Below, one piece after another: positions 35,623 to 44,258 of a DNA stretch of 64,000 bases (positions are counted from its first letter, which is position 1; each line of letters begins with the position of its first letter). The stretch is from an uncultured Candidatus Entotheonella sp. (GTDB lineage Bacteria; Tectomicrobia; Entotheonellia; Entotheonellales; Entotheonellaceae). The DNA lies in contig OZ244252.1 of the NCBI GenBank assembly GCA_965217185.1, positions 1,440,001-1,504,000 of the forward strand. Reading direction: 5' to 3'. A model generated the notes under the pieces. That model was not told where the DNA came from, did not search any database, and saw only the letters and a program-made list of their open reading frames with translations. The position numbers were made by a program, and so were the translations under genes.

Positions 35623-36768
35623 CTACGTGTGATTGAGCTTCGGGATGACGTGCTTGCCGAACATCTCGATGGAGGACATGACCTTGTCGTGCGGAACGGT
35701 CTCGGTGGCCATGAGGAACTGTAGCTGGTCAACGCCGGTGGCGCGGTGCAGCTCGATGGCCTTGAGGCAGCTTTCCGGGTCGCCGGAGACGGTGACGGCG
35801 CGGTCGGCCAGGGTGTCGGCGTCGAATTGGTTCCAGATGGCGTTGGCGATCTGCGCTGAGCCGCCGGACAAGTCCACGCCGGTGTCTTCGCCGTCTTCCT
35901 TCTTGATGTAGCGAGCGAAATTGGCTTCCAGGTGCTCAGGCACGCCGCCCCACGACTCGATGAGGCGCTCGTACACGCCTACCTGATCTTTCAGGTAGGG
36001 ACGGTCGGGGCCGAAGAAGGTCTTGAGCGATTGCGCTGCAAGTTCCCGTGCCGCCTGATTGTCCTCACCGCAAAACGCCATTGTGGCGCTGAGCCACTGG
36101 TCGTTGACGGCGCGCCCGACCGGCTTGGCATGTTGGACATTTTTCTTGAATTCCTTGACGTGCTCGGCCAGGGTCGCGGGGGCGGCAACGCTCAACGCCA
36201 TCACGCCAATCCCCTTCTCGGCCGCCAGCCGGTAGGTCGTAGGTTGCAGGGCCGCCACCCAGATCGGCGGGTGCGGCTGCTGGTACGGCTTGGGACGCAC
36301 GTCGCGCGGCGGCACGTTCCAGAAACGGCCTTCCCACTCGAACAGCCCGTCCTCCCAGATCTTGGGAATCATGGACAGCGATTCTTCCCACATATCTCGG
36401 GTGTTGCGTGGGTCGATACCCATGCCCGTCTGCTCGTACGGCGCCGAGCGCCCGGTGCCGAAATCGACCCGGCCGCCGGACATGTGGTCGATCATGGCAA
36501 CCCGCTCAGCCACCCGCACCGGGTGATGGTACGGCAGAATGACGACGCCGAATCCGAGCCGGATGCGCTTGGTCAGACGGCTCAACGCCCCGAAAATAGC
36601 CTCGGGACACGGTGACATCGAAAAGCCGGTGAGAAAGTGGTGTTCCACGAACCAGATGGTGTCGAAACCCATTTTGTCGGCCAGAACGCATTGCTCAATC
36701 GTTTCTTCGATCACTGCGTGGTCGTCAACGACCGGCCGCTGCATTTCGTATGCCAAGCTCAATTTCAT
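35623..36768 (-). CDS. LLM class flavin-dependent oxidoreductase
   Basis: WFVEHHF, IRLGFGV..P..HPVRVAE, SGGRVDFGTGRS, PKPYQQPHPP. Confidence 0.93.
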   Translation of the reverse strand: MKLSLAYEMQRPVVDDHAVIEETIEQCVLADKMGFDTIWFVEHHFLTGFSMSPCPEAIFGALSRLTKRIRLGFGVVILPYHHPVRVAERVAMIDHMSGGRVDFGTGRSAPYEQTGMGIDPRNTRDMWEESLSMIPKIWEDGLFEWEGRFWNVPPRDVRPKPYQQPHPPIWVAALQPTTYRLAAEKGIGVMALSVAAPATLAEHVKEFKKNVQHAKPVGRAVNDQWLSATMAFCGEDNQAARELAAQSLKTFFGPDRPYLKDQVGVYERLIESWGGVPEHLEANFARYIKKEDGEDTGVDLSGGSAQIANAIWNQFDADTLADRAVTVSGDPESCLKAIELHRATGVDQLQFLMATETVPHDKVMSSIEMFGKHVIPKLNHT

Positions 36769-36797
36769 AATCGCATTCCCCTCAGAGAAACGTCGCC

Positions 36798-37193
36798 TCA
36801 AGAAAAAAGGAACCAATCCTCGGAAACCGTATTAACGGCGAAATCTGCAAGGTCCGGCAGGGGATTCTCGTCAGCCGCCAATGCCTGCAAGGAAGTTTCC
36901 AGGGCTCCAGCCAAAAGCCCAATGGGCTGAATCGGTGCTTCGCCAATACCGCCGAGTTGACCGCATTTTTGCAGCGCCTTGTGCCATTGACCCCGGCAGC
37001 CTCGCCGATTGCCGTTGGTGTAGTGGTAAGCGCCAACCGCCAATTGGATCATCGCCTGCCAGAACAGGCGCTGGCGGCCCCGAAGCCCTTGCCAGACCTC
37101 CTCCCACGAATCGTGTGCGGCAAAGTAGTCGGCATTGCGAAAGTGCGCCAAGCCGTTGCGGAGAGAGGCTATTTCATCGACCTGCAAGGACAT
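36798..37193 (-). CDS. DUF309 domain protein
   Basis: YFAAHDSWEEVW..QAMIQLAVGAYH..GN..G. Confidence 0.85.
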   Translation of the reverse strand: MSLQVDEIASLRNGLAHFRNADYFAAHDSWEEVWQGLRGRQRLFWQAMIQLAVGAYHYTNGNRRGCRGQWHKALQKCGQLGGIGEAPIQPIGLLAGALETSLQALAADENPLPDLADFAVNTVSEDWFLFS

Positions 37194-37360
37194 CGACGGG
37201 CCGTCAGAGGAGTGAAGGTTGACGAGTGAAAGCGGGCACAGGATAGCACGCGCCGACCGGCACGGGCAACGGCTTCGGCGAAGCGCCGCACGACGGTTGG
37301 CTGTGGTAGTATGGTTGCCCTTCTCGACAGTCAAGATGCCCTGATGAAAGGAATCTCCGC

Positions 37361-38011
37361 ATGTCCGAGCCGCGCGTCGCGCCGTACGTCTGGGTAACCT
37401 GGATTTCCAAGTTGCTCGCCGGTGACGCTCACTGCGCCTGGGCCGCCTGGTTTCGGGCGCATCATACCTATGACCGGCTGCCGAGCGATTTCGACGCCGC
37501 CAAGTGGGCCAGTGAGCACACCGCCATGGTACGCGAGCAGGCCGAAGCCCTGCGACAGGCATCGTTTTCGGTGTCGCTGGAGGACCAGAACGCTTTTCGG
37601 CTGCAGGGGCAACTGGGCGTCACCCTTGGCGGCAAGCCGGACATCGTGGCTTGGAGAGACGGCGAGGTGCGGGTCGTCGAGTGCAAAACCGGCCAGCCGC
37701 GCCACACCGACACGATTCAGGTGATGATCTACATGCTCGTCCTGCCACACGCCCAGCCCGTTTGGCGAGGGCGGGCGGTGAACGGCTGCGTGCACTATCA
37801 GACCGGCCCCGTGAACGTTCCCACCGAGGCGCTCGACAGCGGCTTCAGAGCGCGTTTCCGGAAAATGATGGCGCAAGTGGGCGACAGCGCGGCGTTGGAG
37901 CGCGTGCCTAGCTTCAACGAGTGCCGCTTCTGCGACATCGGCCGGCTCGATTGCCCCGAACGTATTGAGACCCAGCCGGACGACGGCGCCGCCGATCACG
38001 ATCTGTTCTGA
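37361..38011 (+). CDS. Solo PD-(D/E)XK nuclease, Cas4/RecB-like, with probable Fe-S cysteines
   Basis: GKPDIV..VVECKTG, QVMIY, N-terminal Cys plus CRFC..C. Confidence 0.8.
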   Translation: MSEPRVAPYVWVTWISKLLAGDAHCAWAAWFRAHHTYDRLPSDFDAAKWASEHTAMVREQAEALRQASFSVSLEDQNAFRLQGQLGVTLGGKPDIVAWRDGEVRVVECKTGQPRHTDTIQVMIYMLVLPHAQPVWRGRAVNGCVHYQTGPVNVPTEALDSGFRARFRKMMAQVGDSAALERVPSFNECRFCDIGRLDCPERIETQPDDGAADHDLF

Positions 38012-38019
38012 CCCAGCCG

Positions 38020-39021
38020 TCAGGGGCGCGGCTCTACCAGTAGACGGCCGGTGATCTTGCCTTGCAGAATGTCGTCGATGGCCTGGGGAAGTTCAGAGAG
38101 GGTGATGACGCGGGCGAGCTGCTGCAGATGACGGGGTTTCAGGTCCGTTGCCAGCCGCTTCCAGATCGTCTGGCGGTATAACATGGGGCAAGCCACGGAA
38201 TCGATGCCGAGCAGGTTGACGCCGCGCAGCAGGAACGGGATGACGCTGCCGGCAAAGTCGTGCCCGGCGACGAGGCCGCAGAGTGCGATGTTGCCGCCGT
38301 GCTGGGTGGTGCGGATCAAACCGCTGAGCGTCGAGCCGCCTACCGTGTCCACCGCGCCCGCCCAGGTGCTCTTGAGCAAGGGGCGCGGCTTCGGGTCGGT
38401 CAGGCTCACGTCATCGCGGCTGAGGATCTGGCTGGCGCCGAGTTCCTGCAGCAGGTCGTGCTGCTCGGGCTTGCCGGTGCTGGCAGCCACGGTGTATCCC
38501 TGCTGGGCCAGGATGTCCACGGCGATGCTCCCTACCCCGCCGGTGGCGCCGGTGACCAGAATCGGGCCCCGGTCCGGCGTCGTACCGTTGCGCTCCATGG
38601 CCAGCAGGCACATGGCCGCCGTAAACCCGGCGGTGCCGAGCGCCATGGCCTCGAAATCGCTCAAGGTGTCGGGCATTTTGACCACCCAGGCGGCCGGTGC
38701 GCGCGCGTATTCGGCGTACCCGCCAAAGGACCCGACGCCGAAGTCGTAGCCGGTAACGACTACCCGATCCCCTACCCCGACGTCCGCCGACTCGCTGGCG
38801 ACAACTGTTCCGGCGGCATCGACGCCGGGCACGTGCGGATATTGCCGCACGACGCCGCCCCGTCCGGTGGCGGCCAGCCCGTCTTTGTAGTTCAGGGACG
38901 AATACGCCACTTTGATCGTGACCTCACCCGTCGGGAGGTCCTCAGGCGACAGGGAATCGATGCGTCCCTCAACTCGGTCGTCCTGCTTGTCAACCACGTA
39001 TGCCGTGAAACGGTCCTTCAA
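38020..39021 (-). CDS. YhdH/AcuI family oxidoreductase (acryloyl-CoA reductase-like)
   Basis: SSLNYKD, GTAGFTA, TGATGGVGS, PFLLRGVNLLGIDSV. Confidence 0.92.
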   Translation of the reverse strand: MKDRFTAYVVDKQDDRVEGRIDSLSPEDLPTGEVTIKVAYSSLNYKDGLAATGRGGVVRQYPHVPGVDAAGTVVASESADVGVGDRVVVTGYDFGVGSFGGYAEYARAPAAWVVKMPDTLSDFEAMALGTAGFTAAMCLLAMERNGTTPDRGPILVTGATGGVGSIAVDILAQQGYTVAASTGKPEQHDLLQELGASQILSRDDVSLTDPKPRPLLKSTWAGAVDTVGGSTLSGLIRTTQHGGNIALCGLVAGHDFAGSVIPFLLRGVNLLGIDSVACPMLYRQTIWKRLATDLKPRHLQQLARVITLSELPQAIDDILQGKITGRLLVEPRP

Positions 39022-39088
39022 GATTTCGCCTCCCTGGGATGGTGTCGGCCTGCCTTTGGGTCGGTAGGGTGTATGCAAACGGCGCAGG

Positions 39089-39117
39089 GTTTTAGCACCC
39101 GCACCCTATGGTGTCAA
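39089..39117 (-). promoter_or_regulatory. Sigma70-like promoter for the yhdH-like gene
   Basis: TTGACA-17 nt-TAAAAC. Confidence 0.5.
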
Positions 39118-39215
39118 GGTTGGGACACGCCTGAACAAACGGGGGTTGACGCCGGGCTCGTGATGGAATCCCTACCTCAAGGAAAGTCCGAATCAATCGT
39201 CACAGGAGGAGCCCG

Positions 39216-39617
39216 ATGGAACCCCGGATATCCTTGATCACCCTCGGCGTGGCGGATCTGCAACGGTCCATTGCCTTCTATCGGGATGGTCTCAAGCTGC
39301 GTAAACGTGACGAAGACTCGGAAAACATCGCCTTCTTCGAAACCTCGGGCACCTGGCTGTCGCTGTATCCGCGCGAGGCACTCGCCGAAGATGCGGGAAT
39401 CGCATCCGAGGGCACCGGTTCCCGAGATTTCACGCTGGCCCACAACGTGCGCTCGCCGGAAGAGGTGGAGCGGATTCTGGAGGAGGCGTTAGCCGCTGGC
39501 GCCACCCTCGTCAAACCCGGGCAGCCGGTATTTTGGGGTGGTTATTCCGGATACTTCGCCGACCCGGACGGCTTCCTGTGGGAGGTGGCCTGGAACCCCC
39601 ATTTCTGGGTGGAATAA
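39216..39617 (+). CDS. VOC/glyoxalase family protein
   Basis: ISLITLGVADL, WGGYSGYFADPDGFLWEVAWNP. Confidence 0.93.
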   Translation: MEPRISLITLGVADLQRSIAFYRDGLKLRKRDEDSENIAFFETSGTWLSLYPREALAEDAGIASEGTGSRDFTLAHNVRSPEEVERILEEALAAGATLVKPGQPVFWGGYSGYFADPDGFLWEVAWNPHFWVE

Positions 39618-39629
39618 TCGCGCTACTGC

Positions 39630-41375
39630 CTACAGCAGACGCAACTCCTCAGGCCAGCTGTCGTCTTCGGCCGGGGCGGGGCGAGCGGCAGCATCGGCCA
39701 AGTCCTGCATGCGCTCCAGGGCGGTTTGCAGGTCCTCAAACAGGGTGTCCGGCAATCCTGCCGCCGCGAACACGGCCGCATCGAGCCGGCCGCGCTCCGA
39801 GCCGTTGGTATGCAGAAATTGGTTATAGGCTCTGTCGATCTGCTGCAGCGCTCGTGGGGTCAGCCGTCGCACGTCAACGACCGGCACTTCTCCGACGCTG
39901 CCGGGGCTGAGGCTGTAAACACCGCCGCCGTATACGTGGGCGTTCACGCGCAGGGCCATCTCGGCGATACTGGTATTCAGCACCGCCAGCAGCACCTGTG
40001 GCGCAACACCCGTCTGCGGCGTGATCTCGATGAAGTTTTCACCCGCTACCCACCCGGCCTGATTCCATACCACCCGCAGGCGCCGATGCATCCGGCGCGG
40101 CAGCAAAATCGGCGCCGTACCGCGGCGTGTAAGATGATCCAACAAGTTATACCAAGGGGTGCGGCCCGTTTTGGCCACACGCGGCAGGTTTTGCACCCCG
40201 ATGACCGGCTGCGCCTGACCGCGCGGCGTCAACACCTGGTTTTCCCAGTATTCGACGTAACGCAACGCCCGTGTCCCGGTCAGGCGTTCCTTGGTCGCGT
40301 TGCACGCCAGTACGTAATGCCGCGCCGACAGGTCGGAACTAAGGCATGCCGTGTCAAAGTCCTTGGGAGACAGTAGCAAGGGCATGAGCCAGCGACGTTC
40401 GAGTTGCCAACGTTTTTGGGTAGCGAGCGGCACGACGTAGAACATCTTGGCAAACGTTTGCAGGCCGAGACGCACCCGGGCCAGGGTGCCCAAGGGCGTC
40501 AGGCCGGGATGTTCCCGTAACGTCTTGTACACCCTTGGGGCGTAGAGGAACGGGGTCCACTTAACTTCGGGGTTCAACTCGTCCGAGGACAGAATTGTGC
40601 CCTCAGCCTGCGGGGAGGTGCCGTCCAGCAACTTGCAGGGATCGTATGGCAGGTTGTCAGGGGGCCTGCCGCTGAGGGAAACGAAAGCAATGTGCTGATG
40701 TTTCGGAGTTTCTGGCCCGGCACGCTTTTCGGCTAACAGGACCACAGGCCGAACCCGCACCTGCCGGAAAATCCGCGCCTGAAACCCGAGGACGCCCCGC
40801 ACCACGAACGTCCGCAACAGGTATTCCTTGAAGGCGGTGCCGTACCGCATGTCCAGCCAACTGTCGGAGAGAATGAGGGCCAGGCGCCCACCCGCCTTCA
40901 GGAACCGCGCGCCGTGTATGACGAAATAGCATTGCGGATCGGTCAGGCGCGACAACTTGCCGGCCTCCGGCAACTCTTCCGCGGCGGCTCGCAGGGCCTC
41001 CACGTCTCGTTGCTGCCAATTGCGCCCACTGGGCGGATTGCCAACCATCGCATCCGTGGAAGGAAAAGTGGCGGTGAAAAAGCTGCCGGTGCGAATACCG
41101 GGCAGGTGGGTTGGCAGGCCGTGAGCACTGAACGCCTGCCGAAGCATCGGTGCGGCGTCTGGACGGGAATCAATGCCGTGAAGCTGATCCGTGAGCCGCT
41201 CGGCCGAGGCGCCGAGTGTTTGCAGACACTTGGCGCTTTCCAGCAGGAAGGTTCCGTCGCCGAAGCCCGCGTCAAGAACGTGATCGTCCGCCGAACGCAA
41301 CGCCCAGCGCGCCAGGAGCCCTGCAATGGCGGGCGGTGTGCGAACGAAGGCTGGCGATTTCTGGGCGTTGCTCAT
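39630..41375 (-). CDS. N6-adenine DNA methyltransferase-like protein (gamma class) with variant catalytic motif
   Basis: VLDAGFGDGTFL SAM motif, VGNPPS, LKAGGRLALIL.DSWL...YG, LLAVLNT, YGGG. Confidence 0.8.
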   Translation of the reverse strand: MSNAQKSPAFVRTPPAIAGLLARWALRSADDHVLDAGFGDGTFLLESAKCLQTLGASAERLTDQLHGIDSRPDAAPMLRQAFSAHGLPTHLPGIRTGSFFTATFPSTDAMVGNPPSGRNWQQRDVEALRAAAEELPEAGKLSRLTDPQCYFVIHGARFLKAGGRLALILSDSWLDMRYGTAFKEYLLRTFVVRGVLGFQARIFRQVRVRPVVLLAEKRAGPETPKHQHIAFVSLSGRPPDNLPYDPCKLLDGTSPQAEGTILSSDELNPEVKWTPFLYAPRVYKTLREHPGLTPLGTLARVRLGLQTFAKMFYVVPLATQKRWQLERRWLMPLLLSPKDFDTACLSSDLSARHYVLACNATKERLTGTRALRYVEYWENQVLTPRGQAQPVIGVQNLPRVAKTGRTPWYNLLDHLTRRGTAPILLPRRMHRRLRVVWNQAGWVAGENFIEITPQTGVAPQVLLAVLNTSIAEMALRVNAHVYGGGVYSLSPGSVGEVPVVDVRRLTPRALQQIDRAYNQFLHTNGSERGRLDAAVFAAAGLPDTLFEDLQTALERMQDLADAAARPAPAEDDSWPEELRLL

Positions 41376-41480
41376 TCCGGCAGGGACCCCCGGATGTGGG
41401 GAACGGCTTTCGAATACCACTCAGGCGGCAGGAACGGCGGTTTACAAGAACGCCGGGGAGCGCGGACGAGTCGGCCGTTT

Positions 41481-42269
41481 TCAGGCGCCATTCAGGAAGC
41501 CGGTGACTTCCTCAACGAAGCCTGTGGGATTTTCGTACATCGGCATGTGGCCGCAGCGTTGCATGATTGATACCTGCGAGCCACGGATAGAGCTTTGGAA
41601 TGCCTGGGCATACGCTACCGGAACCAGCCCGTCCGATTGGCCCCAGAGGATCAGGGTGGGCGCCTTGACGCGGTGGATACGTTTCTTCAGGCCCTTGTCG
41701 GGAATCGGCCACAGAAACTTGCCAGCCGTCGCCAGATGCTGCATGCGCACGAGGTAGGCTTCCAATTGAGCCTGTTCGTCCTCCGGCACGGCCATCATCG
41801 CCTTGGCAACCTCGGATTCGGGGTCGTGCCACAGGGCGATGCCGAGCTGGTCCGGAGTCATGGCGAAAAAATCGGCTACCGGATGTTTGTCCAGCCACAG
41901 TCCCACGGCGTTGGCCAGGACCAGCCGCTGCACCCGATGCGGGCTCAGGGCGGCCAATTCGGCGGCGATCATGCCACCCATCGAGTGCCCCACGACGTGC
42001 AACGACTCGATGCCCAAAGCGTCGAGCAGGTCGTTGTAGTAGACCACCAGATCGACGACGTCGTCCACGTGCTCAAGGCCGCTGCTGCTTTCAAAACCCG
42101 GATGCGCCGGGGCGTACACGGTGTAACGACGGGCCAGTTCGGCCAGAAAGGGGTCCCAACCCCGCAAACCGCCGGCACCGTGCAGGAAGAGCAGCGGCTC
42201 GCCGCTCCCACCGGTGCGCAGTTTGGTCTCGAACAACCCATCGCGAACAGTGACGGTTCTTTCCTCCAC
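41481..42269 (-). CDS. Alpha/beta fold hydrolase
   Basis: LHGAGG, GHSMGG, WG.SD, CGH. Confidence 0.92.
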   Translation of the reverse strand: MEERTVTVRDGLFETKLRTGGSGEPLLFLHGAGGLRGWDPFLAELARRYTVYAPAHPGFESSSGLEHVDDVVDLVVYYNDLLDALGIESLHVVGHSMGGMIAAELAALSPHRVQRLVLANAVGLWLDKHPVADFFAMTPDQLGIALWHDPESEVAKAMMAVPEDEQAQLEAYLVRMQHLATAGKFLWPIPDKGLKKRIHRVKAPTLILWGQSDGLVPVAYAQAFQSSIRGSQVSIMQRCGHMPMYENPTGFVEEVTGFLNGA

Positions 42270-42346
42270 AACGGTCCTCTCTTTTATGAATATCTTCATG
42301 AACGAAATTTGGTTAGCAACCGCAGACGCGTCGCCGTGGCTGACGT

Positions 42347-42375
42347 ACCATAATGACCGGCCAACAGCTTGTCAA
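42347..42375 (-). promoter_or_regulatory. Sigma70-like promoter
   Basis: TTGACA-17 nt-TATGGT. Confidence 0.55.
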
Positions 42376-42386
42376 CGCGGTGGTTC

Positions 42387-43289
42387 CTACCGCTCTTGCC
42401 CCGCCCGGCGGATGACCACCACGCGACCGACCAGCCGCTCCGGCGGCGGGCCCGGAGGCTCAACCAATTCAAGGCGGCGACCGACTCCCTGCAGCAATTG
42501 CAGCCCCTGGGAGGTGTGCACGAATCCCTTGGCCCGCAGCATTCCGAGACCCCGCAATCGGGCCAGAAGCTCTTCCGGGTCGACACCGTCCGCAACGGCA
42601 ACTTCACAGGTCTCAAAGACCTCGTGGTGGTGGGGAGCCGGAGATTTCCCGGCGTTGCGGCGCTGCCGGCGCAAACCGTCAGGGTCGGGCGGAAAAAGCA
42701 GCGCCGGCTCCACTTCGCCATGGCACGTGTGCAACACCGGGGTGTCCGGCGCCATGTCATACAACAGCGCATCGAGCCGGTCCAGGTCAGCAGTCGGTGC
42801 CAGATCGATCTTGTTGAGCAGCAGCAGATCGGCCGACGACACCTGATCCTCAAAGGTGCCGTGCAGGTCGCGGCCTTCCACAAGCTGCTCGGCGTTGACA
42901 ACGACAACGGCCATGTCGTCGTCCACCCAGGCGCTCACCGGTTCGCGCCAGAATTGCAACTGCGTGTCGGACGGCAGCGCCACCCCGGAGGTTTCGACGA
43001 TCACCCGGTCCGGTTGCACGCGCTCCCGCAGCATCTGCAGGGTGTCGCGCAACTCGTCGGACAACTGACAGCAGACGCAGCCGCCCTCCAACTCGACGAA
43101 CGCCTCGCCGCCCTCTCCCAACAGCGCCTGATCGATGCCCAAGGCGCCAAATTCATTGGAGATGACTGCCACCCGCGCGCCGCTGTTCTGGGCTTCACGC
43201 AGCAAATGCCGCACCAGGGTCGTCTTACCCGAACCGAGAAAACCGGACACCACAAGTACCGGAATGCGCTGGTCCGCCGGGTTGTGCAT
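42387..43289 (-). CDS. CobW/COG0523 metallochaperone GTPase
   Basis: GFLGSGKT, NEFG, GGCVCC, ETSG, NKID, RAKG. Confidence 0.93.
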   Translation of the reverse strand: MHNPADQRIPVLVVSGFLGSGKTTLVRHLLREAQNSGARVAVISNEFGALGIDQALLGEGGEAFVELEGGCVCCQLSDELRDTLQMLRERVQPDRVIVETSGVALPSDTQLQFWREPVSAWVDDDMAVVVVNAEQLVEGRDLHGTFEDQVSSADLLLLNKIDLAPTADLDRLDALLYDMAPDTPVLHTCHGEVEPALLFPPDPDGLRRQRRNAGKSPAPHHHEVFETCEVAVADGVDPEELLARLRGLGMLRAKGFVHTSQGLQLLQGVGRRLELVEPPGPPPERLVGRVVVIRRAGQER

Positions 43290-43419
43290 ACCTCACCTTC
43301 CATCCGGGCGGTTAAACATGCCAGCGCATTTTGACCCAACGCGTCATGTTGTTGGCAGGGAACGTTGATTTGGATTCAACTGTCGTAAACCGTGGGGGTA
43401 ACCTGCAGTGATATGGAAC

Positions 43420-43947
43420 TCAGGCGCTCGGTGCAGCCTCCTGCTTGCGGCCTTTCGGGCTCTTGGCCATGCCGCCGTTCCTACGCTCCTGAGCCTTGAT
43501 GTAGGTTGGCGCCTTCTCCCATGGACGGCTCCGTTGCACAATCTTCTTGCGCATCGTCGTGGTTTCCTTGGAAGACAGCGGTTGAATACGCGGGATACCG
43601 AATTTGACACGGTAGGAACGCGCGTCAAGGCTGTGTTCCTTAAGGTGTCTCACCGAAAGCTGCTTGAACGCCGCGCCGCATACCATGCACACGATCGCGT
43701 GCTTCTTGATGCTCTGCTTCCAATTGGCAGGAATGTTTTTGGCATTGCTGCTCTCTTGCAGCGCCTCTTCTTTCTCAGCAAATGAAATACCGGTGATGGT
43801 TTCTCCGGCATCTTCCTTATTCTTCAATTCAATCAAACTTGCATAAGTCTTCTGTAACTCTTTGTGCATCTCTTCCCGTGGCAGCGCGCCTACCTGGATT
43901 TGCGCCATGACCAGGTCCTTAGCCATCTCAATTACGGACTGTGCCAT
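43420..43947 (-). CDS. MucR/Ros family transcriptional regulator
   Basis: SIKKHAIVCMVCGAAFKQL..RHL..H....SYRVKFGIP. Confidence 0.88.
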   Translation of the reverse strand: MAQSVIEMAKDLVMAQIQVGALPREEMHKELQKTYASLIELKNKEDAGETITGISFAEKEEALQESSNAKNIPANWKQSIKKHAIVCMVCGAAFKQLSVRHLKEHSLDARSYRVKFGIPRIQPLSSKETTTMRKKIVQRSRPWEKAPTYIKAQERRNGGMAKSPKGRKQEAAPSA

Positions 43948-44023
43948 TGTCAAAATCCTCTATAAAGTTCCATGCCTTGCAAATCGAGCCTGTCTACCGT
44001 CTCTGCGATAGAAACCGCGAAAA

Positions 44024-44052
44024 GATATAGTGCAACATTTAACTAAAGTCAA
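44024..44052 (-). promoter_or_regulatory. Sigma70-like promoter in AT-rich region upstream of the mucR-like gene
   Basis: TTGACT-17 nt-TATATC. Confidence 0.4.
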
Positions 44053-44258
44053 GAAAACGAAACTTCCAAAACAGCAAATGCCCGCTGAATGGCATTGAGA
44101 GCAGCAAACACCCGCCCCTTACCTGCTTCCATCTTCTTGCATGACACCGCAGTTGCAAGAAACAAGTTAAAGGACGGCTGATTCATCCCTGCCCCGGCGC
44201 GCTGCAAGTCAATAGTCATAAAACGTCGAACGCGCCAAAACAGGTAGTGACAGCAAGC

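Noticed and set aside
37194..37562. Extended N-terminus of the 254-aa ORF
   Set aside because: Overlaps the divergent nuclease gene; DUF309 similarity starts near ATG 37193
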